Position numbers and translations under genes: made by a program. This document shows, piece after piece, positions 41,732 through 55,096 of a stretch of DNA of 64,000 bases; the stretch's first letter is position 1, and every line of letters starts with the position of its first letter. The DNA is taken from NCBI GenBank assembly GCA_040954595.2, contig CM082576.2, forward strand, positions 14,697,129 to 14,761,128, written 5' to 3'. Below the pieces are notes generated by a model. That model ran no database searches, had not been told where the DNA came from, and saw nothing but the letters and a program-made list of their open reading frames with translations. The stretch comes from Balanoglossus misakiensis. Lineage: Eukaryota; Animalia; Hemichordata.

Positions 41732-43076
41732 ATGGAACTCACTAACCCAGCGCAAGCGTACGGTCTCACGAATGCGGAGTCTGGCCCCGACACAGACGTC
41801 CTGAAAATTCTGCCCGTAGAAATGTGTTTTAAAATCGTTTCGGAATTGGATATTTCCAGCGTTTGTAAGTTGTCCCAAACCTCGAAGGACTGGAACAACG
41901 CAATCGATAACACAGAGTGGTTGTGGAAACTGCTTTGTTTACATCTCCTGGAAGATCATACTTACGTCCAGTCGGATCGAGAAGATGGATATTCGTGGAG
42001 GGTAGGCATTTCACTATTAAACATGCTAAATATTCACCAACACTTCTTCTTATAATTGTAAAAAATTGTAGTTGAACAAACTTTTTACATTGCACGTACC
42101 AGCTGCACGAGCTCATGCAGTTCAGTAGCTCTAGGGTTTTCGTGGTTTTGCCGTCCAACACACAAACAAGGCAAATTCGAGACACTGAACTGCAGCTAAT
42201 ACACGTACATGCGTACACGTAAGCAAAGAAAATTGGCATACCTAAAATGCAGCTTGCAAGTGGAAGTGAAAGTCGATTTCTTTACCTGACAAACTTCACA
42301 ATGTACAAATTGTCCTGGTTCATTTCATTATCAAACTTATACAATGTACAACAGATATTATAACTAGTGACTTAATTTTGTCTGACACTTTTTGATTTTC
42401 CTATGGACAAATATTTAAGAAATCTGAAATAATTTTTAATAATAATATTATTTGTAATCACAGTGCGAATGATCAGTAGATTTTATGCTATTGTCATGAG
42501 TTTCAATACTAATATTGTTTTCATTCTTTTGTCTTACTCTTAGTATTAAAAGTTGCTAGAGTTCTTTTGTCTGGGTTAGTGCATGTTACATGCCATGGAT
42601 GGTCTATTCTTATAGGTTACATCATTCATGTAACATGATCTTTTGTCTGAACTGTTTAACAGAGAAAGATCACACCATGTTTTATAGCTGTGACTCATGA
42701 AGGACTGTGATTCTTTTTTTCAGTTCAAAGATTACACCGATTTAGATTTCACAATATTTCATATTCATTTCATACAAAATATAATTTTTTACAGTGTGTC
42801 TGTAAGTATCTGTGTACATAAGTATTTGTGATTGATGTCGAGAAATTGACAATTTTCCTTTTGAATTGGTATTGACTATACTCTGTCTTTTTTTGCTATT
42901 GTTTTCATACCTAGGAGACTTTTATCAGGAACCATGGCTGCAAGGTAATTCAACGTCACTGGTTCAATGGTGTCTTCAGTAACGTCACATCCTACTGTGA
43001 TCTGCCTACAAAGTGTATGTGTCCAATGGATGTGGAAATGTGGGGTCAAATACTTGAATTGGAACTGCACAGATAA
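41732..43076 (+). CDS. FBXO48: F-box only protein 48, 2 coding exons, 143 aa
   Basis: Exons 41732-42001 and 42915-43076, phase 0. F-box LKILPVEMCFKIVSELDISSVCKLSQTSKDWN, then EDGYSWR. The C-terminus W..G.FSN...CPMDVEMWGQILELELHR* matches the FBXO48 pattern as I recall it (PMD..TWGEILEAELER). Confidence 0.88.
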
Positions 43077-45726
43077 ATCAGCATTTATATTTGTCGTCAG
43101 AATTATGTCTCAAAAACATGCTTGTTGCTGTGTAAATAATGATTACAGTTACAAATGGCAGCATGAATATAGGGTGCTTGGTGGATCTATATAACGCTTT
43201 AAAAACAAGTTATGCAATTTGCAATTGATATTGAATGCATTCAGTAAGTTGTTTCATTTACAGTATATCCACTTTGTGTGCAAATATTAAACAAGGATAA
43301 AGTTACCAGAATGGCATATTATGACAAACAGAAAATTACTGGTATCTGGCATAGGCCAGAAAATTTCATTTCTACTATTAAACTTTACGGTGTTTCAGTT
43401 ATACATCTTTGTTTCCTAGTAGGGCGTTATCTGTCATGAGATACACAGGAACACCAGCTTCTTAATTCAAAGGGAATGTTTCTTTTCATCAACAACTCTA
43501 AACCAACATACAATGTACAGTTTTAAACTAATACTCAGTGGCTATTTCTTGGCCATTTATCTGCTCCTTTAATCTCTATCTGAAAAGTTGATATAAAATT
43601 CTTCCTGACTTCCTTGAAGTGGGACCTTATCTCATTGTAGCTCTCATATGTATACCTTTGATTCTGTCATCATCTCAACTTTGATGTTATTGTCTTTTTT
43701 TATTGTAATATACATAGTAATTATATAATACTGGTAGATAGTATTCACTATAACATATTCAATTGAAATGTATAATTATTCCTAACAATTGCATATGTAT
43801 AACTACATTCTAAGTGTACATTTGTTTTAATAGCTATATTAAATTATTAATATTTATGCATGGAATGTATGGAGTTCTCAAATATATTTGATTATATACC
43901 TATCTGGTACTTTAATTTTCCAGTTTATTTCAATGTTTTATCCCATTTTTTGACGTGCTTCAAAGAATGTAATGGTGCTTTTGGGCGATTTCAATACCAG
44001 CATGTTCTTCCATTTTAATGTTTATTATAAATCTTTTTCCTCTGTGTGTTTAATGTTTTGGGCTTTTTTCTCAAGCGCACATGATATTTTTAAGAAATGA
44101 ATACTGTTTTAGGAAGATAGATGGTCACATTGTTGAGGGCGCTCTTATAGCAGAGCATCTATGCAAATGTATTAGTGTAATATAAGCACTAAAATACATG
44201 TTGACATCGACTGTCATGTTTTAATTGTGTAACTATCATTTTGATGTGTTTTTACATGTTTCTTTGGCCAGAAATAAAGTGTATATTGAATGGGACGGAC
44301 TGAGTGTGTTTTCTGAAGTTGTCTCCCCAAAAGCTTTTTATATCTTCAAAATATTTGTGAGGCCTGACAACAGTGTATGTAAACGTATTTGAATATTAAT
44401 TTGGCTTTGAATGTGATTGCCCGAAGTTTTATCAAAAGGAAGAAGGAAGGAAAGAAAGAAAGAAAGATGCAGGAGTAGACAATGCAATGTCGTAGCAGTT
44501 TTCATTATTTCGCCCTCAGGCGACAAGTGGCTGTTTTTGTTTTGTTTTTCGCTTCATGTCTGATCTTCTTGCGCGCGCGTACGCACTTGTAGGTATTCCT
44601 TGTGCACACATGATGTGATATGCTCTACATATAAACCCACCAGGAGTTTTAATATAAAAGAATGTGTGTTTTAAAAAAAATATTGCATACACACGCGCAG
44701 AGAAAATTTGGGTCCACTGTCAAGCGACTATAGTTTTGCCTATTATCTAATCGCCCTTCATGTTTTCTTTTTGTTGTTTTGCTCCAACGAACCCAGTGAA
44801 AGTGCCTGTGGTATGCATATGACATGGATCATGACAGGACAAATAAACACGTCAATTGTCACCCGGGTTCCCCCAGGGAGCTCTAAATAAGCGTCTTTGT
44901 GCGTCTTTGAGCCGACGTTGTTATATACCGTGTTGTAATGAAAGCGGGATGCATCCAAGCGAAGATTCATTTGCGAATTGTCGTCTTGTGGAACAATCGC
45001 CAGTGGGGGTAGTTCCACGGTTGTGCAACTAAACGCTTTCGCTCTTCTGGCAGTTCTGCTCCTGAACCGAAGTTCGCAGTAAATATTTTTTATTGACGGC
45101 ACACGTGCGGTTGAACGAACCAGCGTTCAGCACCAGACGACACAGTCATAAGGAAATCCTGGCGGACTGATACGTACTGTACTCCAACTACAAATTTATC
45201 TGTTTGGTAAACAAGGACGCCGTGAAAGAATCCGACATGCCTTGACCGATGACTTGTAAAAGAACTGTGCGATTTTACATAAACACTTCCAGCGCACCTA
45301 AGTCGATCGTGTTACAAACAACGATTAGCGGATTTACCTGTGCTTAACACCGGATTTATTTGAAGTGTCGCAAGCCTTCTAAAAAGTGTAAAGATAGTAA
45401 GCGTGTCACGGACGTCTATGAGGGTCACCCGAAATCGAATACGTCGTGTTGGTACTTAAGTTTAGCGTAGGGGTGTAGGAATTCAATCTTCCAGACTCTG
45501 TCAATAGTTAAACATCCCTTTCTTCTGTTCGTTGGTTGTTAGTAGTGTCTAGTACGTGACGTGACTGTCAAAACCGCTGTCAAAGAGCTACCGATCTGTC
45601 GACGACCACTCGACATTCAATTCAACTGAAGGGTTGTATCCGCGCCGCGACACGCGACGTCCACTGAGAGCTTTCGGGAAATCATTCGTCTCTCAACCGT
45701 CGACGAGCCGTCGACACATCGCGACG

Positions 45727-48700
45727 ATGGGGAGACAAAAGGAGTATCGCAGTAATCCCAACAAACGGCGAAGAGTCCGAGTCGTGCCCGAGTGGAAAGA
45801 AAAGGGGTTGCCGCCACCGAAGGAATATATCGAACAGATGAACAAGAAATTCGACTATGGAGGTAAAGCTTTTTCATAATAATATCGCATATTCTATTGT
45901 AAAGAATTTGTAAAATGCTTTTCTGACTAATTTTGGAGGTGCGTGATCTTATGGAATCAGTACGTCGTTTGGGGACATCACAATTTGCCTCATACCAAAT
46001 TCTCAATATTATAAAAGTGACTTTCGTCTTTCTTTCGATACGTGACGCTGAGTGCATGGTAGATAGTATCAGGGGGCTTGGTCAATCGCTTCTCTGGGTA
46101 TAATTATGCATTACAATATTTTGGTATCCAAAAAGTCAAGAGTCCTATTAAATGACATAGTTTTAAAAGACATTAAAATTTACGAGTAACAGAGCGACCC
46201 CACCCCGTATACGTATATTAAACCGCCGCAAGTCGACTGAGATTTGGGTCGGGATGGTGACGTCATCCCGATATATGTATGTATGATAACAGGTGTAAGC
46301 GTTGACAGTTTAGTTTCAGTATATTCAGGGTCTGTAGTGGAAACTAGCGTGTCTTTTCATCGGTTATATATTTAATATTAGACGTACCAGCACGTTTCCA
46401 TCCAGACACGCCAACCCATAAAGACGACAGACACGTGTCCAATCAAAGTTTATCCGGGTGAACTCCTAAGCTTGCTATGAAATACGCCATAGATATCAGA
46501 GACACGATCCGGCTAGCCATCACTTTGAAGTGCATAGAGGTCAAATACCTTTATGTAAGACATTGGTCACAACATTTGATTACCTTACAAATATCGTGAC
46601 CTGGGAATTTCAATCAACGAATGAGTTTAATTACATCTTTTACGTAATATACTGTTATTATATTGAAATACGTGGGAGGTTGTGTTTGTATATGATGGTT
46701 GCTAGTCCTTGTATCTGATCACCTTGGTTTGGTCGTGATCTTGACAGAGATAATTTCTTCTTTGATTACTTGGTCTTTCTACAATTTACGTCAATGACCG
46801 ACAGACAATCCGAAGGATATTTTAGTGTGTAATAATTTTGTAATAGTCCTGTTTCAAAATGACCTACATTACACGTCCTATACACATGTATTGCATGTTC
46901 TGATTGGTTTATCCGATTCTCTAAGGTCCACTTGCGGCACGCTGATTGGAGGGACCTTGTAGGTTAGGTCTTATTACTATGTATTATTCACTAGACCTTG
47001 TAGGTTAGGTCTTATTACTATGCATTATTCACTTTACAGCTCCCCGATTGGTTAATGTGTAGGCCTGGTCCTCCAGTGTTCACTGCCTCATTATACAGGA
47101 CCTTATAGGTTAGGTCTTATTAGTATGTATTTATTCACCATACAGCTCCCTGATTGGTTAACGTGTCAGTCTGGTCCCCCATGTGTTCACTGCCTCATTG
47201 TGAAATGTCCCATGTGCTTCCTGGCTACCGTTGTGGTAACACATTATTCGGGATGTCCGCAGATCGTTCATTGCTTTTCTAAGAAATAGCCTGACTGATA
47301 TTATCTCCAACATAAACCGCACCCTGGAAAGATTAAATGATCTTTTAGGTGGACTTTGAAAATCTGATTAACTCATCTAAGCATTTTAGATAAGTTGTAT
47401 ATTTTTTTAATCACCCTCCTACTTCTCATCATCAATTTTATTATTGTTGTTATTACTATTTTAAAGTAAATTTGTTTTGACGAAGATGTTGTAATAAGGA
47501 GCACGTTGTCCGTTTATACATTCGTATATTGTTTTCATAAAATGGAACTGTCACGGTGCAGCTTCGTGAAAGAAGTACAATAAAAGTAATCATACCTGTA
47601 AAGCAACTAATGAGGTATCCCAAAGAAATGCAATGCTATTCTAAACATTTCTATTGTAAGATATTTTTGGTTTGCTTGAATGAATAGCACAGACTTCATA
47701 TTCAGCCAGGTGTTACACGAAGTGATGCGCTGAAAGGCATTACGTAACAAAACACTAGCCCTTTTCAACAAACCGCCACTGGAAATAAAATACATTTTAT
47801 TTCGAGTATCTAGTTCACAGTATCACAAAATGCCATGAATAGTGTGAAGGAAAATGTGAAATCCAATCATTATATGAGTGCCTTTCTTTATACACTGGGA
47901 TCGATCGCGAGCTTCGACCACGCGCAGGTAGCATGCCAGACAGAATACGACAACTGTATTCAGAAAGTACAAAAGACTTTGCATAACGAGGCAGTGAAAA
48001 CTGGAGACCTAAACATTAACCAATGAGGGAGCTGAAAATTGAATAAATACATATTAATAAGACCTAACCAACAAGGTCCTGCATAATGAGGCAGTGAACA
48101 CTGGAGGACCAGACCTACGCATTAACCAATCAGGGAGCTGTAAAGTGAATAATACATAGTAATAAGACCTAACCTACAAGGTCCCTCCAATCAGCGTGCC
48201 GCAAGTGGACCTAAGATTACCAGATGGACCAATCACAGATGTCTGTACATATGTCATGGACCTGACTTATGAAACAGGACTAATTGGACAATCAAGAACA
48301 CGCCGATGTGTTGTAAACTTATAATTGGACAATGCGGATCATGCTTTGGTGAATCTTTAATTTCTTTTCTTTCTCAAAGACATATAAACTCTGTAATTCC
48401 TTGCTTTGAGTAGAACAACCATCTTGCAGACAACCGTGTGTTGGAAAGCCTTTGCACCAGAAATAAAGCCTTCTGACTGCCCCTACTTCGGGTCTCAACG
48501 AGTCTCTACTTTGATAGATCCTGCACACCTCTTTGCAACCGCAATGTTAGAGTATCAGCTCGACCAGCCGTAACATTTGGTGGAGAAGTCCGACGGGTAT
48601 CGAAGCAAACTCGTTAATGACAACACGTAGTGGGGCAAGATACAACATCAGAATGGCAGACAATCAACTTCCAGCACCACTGGAGGCAGAAGTAGGAGCA

Positions 48701-51700
48701 GAGGCAGAGCCACAACAACAGGCTCCTGAACAAGCGGCAGAAGTACAAGGTGCTGAATGGCAAGGCATCTTACAAGCCCAGCTGGCTGAAATCCGTTTAG
48801 CTTGTACTGATAGCTCAGACGGTTTATCACCAGCTACCTTCAGAGGTCGTGCAGACGAAAACGTACATCAGTGGTGGTGGCAAAGATACCTAGACTTTGC
48901 CAACATCAGGATTGGGCTGACGACAAGAAACGAAGCGGCATTGGTCTATACCTTGCCGGCGAGGCCGAACGATGGTTCCGGAGCCAGCCTAATGAGGTGA
49001 AGAACGACCTCGAGACCATCGGGACTAAGCTGCGGGAAATTCTCAGGTCTCGATATTTGTAAGGTAATCAAATGTTGTGACCATAAACTAATGTCTTACA
49101 TAAAGGTATTTGACTTCTATACACGGAATTACTGATCTAACTGGAAATTAATCATAGAAATTACAATTCTTTAATGCGATTGAAATTCTTCAATTTTCCC
49201 ATTTTTTATATATCGTAACACCCCAAATGATATAAAAATACATTATATAGTTTTTCGTGTAAAATTTATTTGACCGTTACACATAGCACGGCTAGACTGG
49301 CAAGGCATCATCCAAGCCCAGCTGGCTGAGATCCGTCTAGCTTGTATAGCTGTTGGTCGTACAGCCACATACTTACCAAAGCGTTCCCGCAGCTTAGTAA
49401 GTCCCGATGGTCTCGAGGTCGTTCTTCACCTCGTCAGGTTGGCTTCGGTACCATCGTTCGGCCTCGCCGGCAAGATATAGACCGATGCCGCTGCGTTTCT
49501 TGTCGTCAGCCCAGCCCCTGAAGTTGGCAACGTCTAGATATCTTTGCCACCATTGGTGAACGTTTTCGTCTTCACGACCTCTGAAGATAGCTGGGGATAG
49601 ACCGTCTGAGCTATCAGTACAAGCTAAACGGATTTCAGCCAGCTGGGCTTGTAAGATGCCTTGCCATTCAGCACCTTGTACTTCTGCCGCTTGTTCAGGA
49701 GCCTGTTGTTGTGGCTCTGCCTCTGCTCCTACTTCTGCCTCCAGTGGTGCTGGAAGTTGATTGTCTGCCATTCTGATGTTGTATCTTGCCCCACTACGTG
49801 TTGTCATTAACGAGCTTGCTTCGATACCCGTCGGACTTCTCCACCAAATGTTACGGCTGGTCGAGCTGATACTCTAACATTGCGGTTGCAAAGAGGTGAG
49901 ATGGGATCTATCAAAGTAGAGACTCGTTGAGACCCGAAGTAGTGGGAGTCAGAAGGTTTTATTTCTGGTTCAGAGGCGTTACAACACACGGTTGTCTGCA
50001 AGATGGTTGTTCTACTCAAGACAAGAAATTACAGAGTTTATATGTCTTTGAGAAAGAAAAGAAATTAAAGATTAACCAAAGCATGATCCGCATTGTCCAA
50101 TTATAACTTTACAACACATCGGCGTATTCTTGATTGTCCAATTACAAAATTATTACACACTAAAATATCCTTCGGATTGGCTGTCGGTCATTGACGTAAA
50201 TTGTAGAAAGACCAAGTAATCAAAGAAGAAATTATCTCTGTCAAGATCACGACTAAACCAAGGTGATCAAATACAAGGACTAGCAACCATCATATACAAA
50301 CGCCTCCTCCCACGTATTTCAATATAACGTAAAAGATGTAATTAAACTCATTCGTTGATTGAAATTCCCAGGTCTCGATATTTGTTAGGTAATCAAATGT
50401 TGTGACCAATGTCTTACATACAGGTATTTGACCTCTATACACGGAATTACTGATCTAACTGGAAATTAATCACAAAATTACAATTATTTAATGCGATTGA
50501 AATTCTTCAATTTTCCCATTTTTTATATATCGTAACAGGGGTTTTAACTTCAGTTTTGAGCTTCTGTACTGAAGCTGTAAATTGCAGGAAAGGGCTTAAA
50601 AGTACGATTTTTGGAACTGATAACGAAAAATGGCATCAGCGTTATATGTAAAATATAACCGTCTGAGTTTTAAAGGCCCATGTTTGCACGGTTGACGTGG
50701 GCATTTCTATATAAACAATATGTCTGCTGTCACTGTACAGAACTGTTTATTGGGAAACAAAATGGATGGTCATACAGCGCGTACCCCTTTAATTAACCAT
50801 AGGACCATTCTCCATAGGCGTGTAATGAGTATAAGTGTCTCTGTGAAATTGTTACGCGTTGGTTCTACAGCAGTCCAGATTGTTTAACGCGGTACTTCAA
50901 AATATTTAAACAGAGTGAAAGACCAGCTAAACACAAAGACATGGTGATTTACCATACCGTCTTTGTTGTCGCGGTGATTTAGAGAGTGCCTGTAACTTTC
51001 TCTCGGCTTGCAGTGTTTACGTGAAGGTAAGCAAACATTTATCAAAATCATCTGGGAATGCCGATGAAAATTGGTCGTTGTGGTAAATGACTCCTATTTT
51101 AAGAACCAAGAAAACTAATAACGCTGAACTTAGTCTGTGAAATGTTTTTATCGCAATTTCAATGTTTTAAGGTAAACGTACTGAGGTTTAATGCTAACAC
51201 TGTCACCCCTAGCCCTGGATCGGTCCAAGTTAATAATAGAGGAGTTTAATGTCACTGGAATTTTATTGAGAAGAACACCGAGAAGCAGACATGACCAGCG
51301 TGACTCATACCGCAATCCCATATTCCTATCAAAAGACGATCAAAGTGGTGTAAAAAGCAGTGCGCGCTGCGTGTTCTCATCGACTTCATGGACCATTAAA
51401 GCCTCGTGTAGGTTTGTAAATCTCATAAAACCAAGAAATTATTGAACACTTCGGCTTGTCCTCGCCATACTAGAGTTTGTCGTTCTGGATAATATTTCGT
51501 GACCACCAGGATCTGCACTTACTTTTTGATCAGTTTCGGGTTATCAGTTTTCAGGAGCGTTCGAGTGAAATACGAGCCAACCCACGCTCTAACAACGTCT
51601 TCAGGACAAGGCGGGATACTCCATTCTTTAATCTTAAAGCTCGCATTCCCAAAATTACACGTAGTTGATAACCTGTAGATGTATTTGATATGAAGCGTAT

Positions 51701-54700
51701 TCCGGATCAGTTGCAAGTTTTTAATTGTGTACAAGCCCGATGGGATGGATGACGCAACTGAATCTCCGGCAAGTTTATGTATTTGTAAAAAAGGATAAAG
51801 CCTTCAAGTTTAAGGTCACTTAATAAAACATAATGTAAGGACTAACAATAGGAAATAGGGAAGCCCACTCAAAATTGATAAAAAATAGATCGATGGTGTG
51901 ATCCCTGCATGCCAACTTTCCAAGTACCAGAGAGAACTGCAAACATTGAAATTAATCAGATCGTGGTCAATAATCGAACCAGCGCAATATCTGTCAGATA
52001 TAACAACTTGAATATTTCACGCGGCAGATGACAAATGTGAATATGCCCGACATGTTGAAGTATGACACATGTGACCCTATAATCTAATAAAGGCAGACAT
52101 AGATGATCGATGTCCATGCGCGCCAAATATCAAAACGTCTTCGAAATATTATGATGAACACCAGAATGATGTTGACAGACACTTGTCTGCGTGATTGGTA
52201 AATGACGAAATCTTCGCCACTTGAAGAATGCAAGTGACTCACACATAAATTTCCGTTTTATCACAAAATATCCTCTAAAATTCTTATCACTGATATGAAA
52301 TATCTTGTTTGTATACATACCATGAATTTCATGGTAGTGGAATAATTTCGCAGTTAACACACAAACGCACTCGCACCTTAAATAAGCCTACATCTGAAAG
52401 ATCAGTCATGAGAAGAATGTCTTCGTACTAAGTTATCGTGGAAAGCCGGATATATCAATCTTCAACTCGATTTTATCGATCGCTACGACTTAGCGAGTCA
52501 CCATGCAGCGTACCATGCAGTAATTTATTGAGACATATTTTCCACATTTCTGTTTATGTTCAAAACGTTGGCGGTGTAAGACGAAACCGCATCGTAATCT
52601 GACGAGAATGACTGATCACCCGAAATATTCCAAGCATCAAATGTTGATTGAAATGTGAATGTCCGAAATCATTCTCGTCATTCTATTTTCAGAATCAGGT
52701 CGTCTGGGATTCTTCAGAAAACCCGACAGCGGGGTTTACTAACAGTCCAGTTACAAAGACATATATTTATATAAGATTTGGTAAAAAAATTCTTGTGACG
52801 TTTATAGCACCAAGGTTCGAGTTGCACCTGTAGGATTTCGCACGTTAGCACATTCCGGACTTCATACATTGTTAAGTTTAAAGGCATAAAATCATCTCTA
52901 ATTTACACATACCCATTTCTATCTAAGTCTTTAAGTGAAAGGAATCTGTGATTGACTTGATCTGAACTTTCCATGGTAACTGTGGCTAAATTTGCATAGG
53001 TGACAGTGTATTTCTAAACAGCAAATTCCACTATATAAAGGCGCAATGTCTATACTTGACCAAACGCTATGCCCCTGTGTGGACAAATGATTGACTTTCC
53101 TATCCTCTGAATTTCAATGTTTATCCGGTATTTTTGTCTCTCTAAAAAGTGTTTGACGTGTTTGTTGTGCATTTTGAATCGCATTAACAACCAACAAAGC
53201 AGGAACAACACAACCCCTCCAATTGTGTTGAAAACAAGCACACATTGGCACAAGAATGCCGCATTGTCCGCTGCGAGGAGATGTTTCACGGGACATCGCA
53301 TTTTGGACAGTGAGCTATTCTACTTGCATGGGCATTCATCACGTTTGCTGTCGACTAGATCACGCCCGAGTTAATTGTTACCAGAAACACAACAAGTCAG
53401 CACAGAAAAAAACTGTTTTCAATATTCAATGAACGTAACACATGCTACTAGTTGTAAAAATGTATTCACGTAGGTGACCCAGAAGTTGAGTGACCAACGC
53501 AGAGAACGTCTGGCAAGCAAACGACGATGGGTCAGTGGTGTTGTATGGTGTAGACCCACGAGACAATCTGGCGTTTTTTGTTGCTGTGAACAAACACAGC
53601 GTAGAATAGGACATTTATTTTAATAAAAAATGACCATTAGTAAGCCATTGAAGCCGAAATCCGAACAGAAGGCGCCTGAACAGTATAAGAGAATACTGTT
53701 ACCGATACATGTACTGATATTCTGTGATTGGACAGAAGTTGACACTGATGACATTTGATGGGTGATTATCGGATACTGGACATGATAAGTATCATTAGAA
53801 GTGATCAAACGGTAGTCAAATTGAACGTCCCGAAATAAAGTAGTTTGAATACCCCGACAATAATCTATCAACCGTCAGCAGAACAGATTCAGTTCGCAAG
53901 TTGGTTTGTGTTTCATGAATGTACATTTTATTGTAATTAGGATTTTATTTCCAATTGGGGGAGGGGGGTTGTATGTTCTTGACTTGAAGGGATGTCGCGT
54001 TTATGTTGGGGGCTATTTCAAATTTCTAAACACTCCGAGAACAGAAAACGATAACGTACGAAGAACGAGTTCATATCTCATATACTAGTAACCCATTCGC
54101 GACATCCTAACCAAATGTCAGATATGGACTGTTGTCATCTTCAGAGTTTCATCAAACGACTAAGCGTTCACAGAATTCTCCGCTCGTGGTCCAATTTCTT
54201 TCCAACTACACTCCAGTTGTTACATTACAGTATCCACGTTTAGAAATCTGATACGCAACTTTGCAATAGTTGATTTGAAAGAGGGCACGACGCCATACGT
54301 CTACATTAATTTGTGGCTGTTAGCAATAACATGAACTTAATGGAAACGTCCGTTGTGGCTCTCGAATTTCAAGAATCTTTCACAGATTGTTGATAAACAC
54401 ATGTCACCGCATTGAGGTCAGAGTCGAGACTGTGGATCGGTTGGACTCCCCGCAGACTCGCTCTTAAAACCTTAACCTGGATTATGTCATTTTATCTCCC
54501 AGACGGATTCTGTAAACTTGCTGCACTGTGTACCACTCTATTCCATATCAGTGAAAGTGTTGTACAGCAAGACAAGCACGTTCGTTCAGTGACGCGTGTT
54601 CACAATATTTTTAATATTTTCACGAATGTAACGATTTTTGGCATAAAGTTAATACAAAGTCATAGTTGAATGTGGTGGAAATGCTAAGGTTTCAATGGAT

Positions 54701-55096
54701 TTCACCTATTTTGTTTTCGTGCGACCAACCCACCTGGTCTCCCGTCGTACCCTATAAATAAACAAAATCGCCATTCAGTTCTTTATTATTATAACAGATA
54801 CCTGTTTAATTTAATTTACAGACGTTGATCAGGAACGTGCCCTCGAGTTAATAAATGCTGTGAGAGAAGGCGACATGTTGATTGTTCGGCGATTGGTCAG
54901 AGCCGGTGCCAAAATAAATTGTCCAATGGACGGTGGTTGGACGGCCTTACATCACGCCGCCGTCACCGGTCGGGTTGACGTCATCAGGTACCTGTTACTT
55001 CGCGGAGCTGACAAGACAATTTTGAACAATGATGAGAAAACGGCGGCGGACTTAGCTGGTAAAGATGGCGAAGAAGTTATGGATCTGTTGAAATAG
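45727..55096 (+). CDS. Small ankyrin-repeat protein with basic N-terminus, minimal 2-exon model, ~136 aa
   Basis: Exon 45727-45862 (MGRQKEYRSNPNKRRRVRVVPEWKEKGLPPPKEY..., GTAAAG donor, phase 1) is phase-compatible with exon 54822-55096 (tttacag acceptor; LINAVREGD..IVRRLVRAGAKIN, GWTALHHAAVTGRVDVIRYLLLRGADK, KTAADLA). The ankyrin exon is solid. Its link to exon 1 is inferred. Confidence 0.65.
46530..49038 (+). mobile_element. Second, inverted copy of the same LTR-PBS-gag 5' end (5'-truncated LTR interrupted by a DNA transposon; frameshifted gag 48617-49038)
   Basis: 46530-46844 and 48282-48575 are reverse complements of the 49849-50450 LTR. PBS ~48578, gag ATG 48617, with a +3 and a -1 indel relative to the minus copy. 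Confidence 0.85.
46845..48281. mobile_element. Non-autonomous foldback-like DNA transposon (1437 bp) nested in the LTR, 3-bp TSD AAT
   Basis: Termini AGTCCTGTTTCA...TGAAACAGGACT. The uninterrupted site TTTTGTAATTGGAC is visible in the other LTR copy, which defines the AAT duplication. Long imperfect subterminal inverted repeats (~46920-47200 vs ~47985-48215) are built of tandem subunits. Confidence 0.85.
49036..49220 (-). mobile_element. Third fragment: LTR 5' end in minus orientation fused to the truncated plus gag
   Basis: Near-identical to ~50360-50537 and ends in tatcgtaaca. Joined to gag through a shared GAAA. Confidence 0.8.
49346..49807 (-). pseudogene. Truncated gag (capsid N-lobe) of the LTR element, minus copy
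   Basis: MTTRSGARYN...PAIFRGREDENVHQWWQRYLDVANFRGWADDKKRSGIGLYLAGEAERWYRS, a typical retrotransposon gag pattern. A 4-bp TACT duplication creates the stop at 49394. The original frame continues KLRERFG and then breaks off. No pol. Confidence 0.85.
49849..50537 (-). mobile_element. LTR (~689 bp) of a Ty3/Gypsy-like retrotransposon
   Basis: On the minus strand it begins TGTTACG and ends CGTAACA (7-bp inverted termini, TG..CA). It is followed by a PBS TGGTGGAGA, complementary to a tRNA-Ala-type 3' end, and then the gag ATG at 49807. Confidence 0.85.

Noticed and set aside
45617-46057. 146-aa minus-strand ORF
   Set aside because: It is the antisense shadow of the CpG-rich ankyrin-gene exon 1 and has no recognisable domain.
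49394-49807. 137-aa gag ORF as a domesticated Arc-like capsid gene
   Set aside because: It is still attached to an LTR and PBS, it is ended by a 4-bp duplication, and the sister copy is frameshifted. This fits a decaying retroelement.
54822-55096. Ankyrin exon as the missing C-terminal ankyrin part of an ASPG-type asparaginase
   Set aside because: It is on the opposite strand and on the far side of FBXO48, and the asparaginase has its own stop codon.
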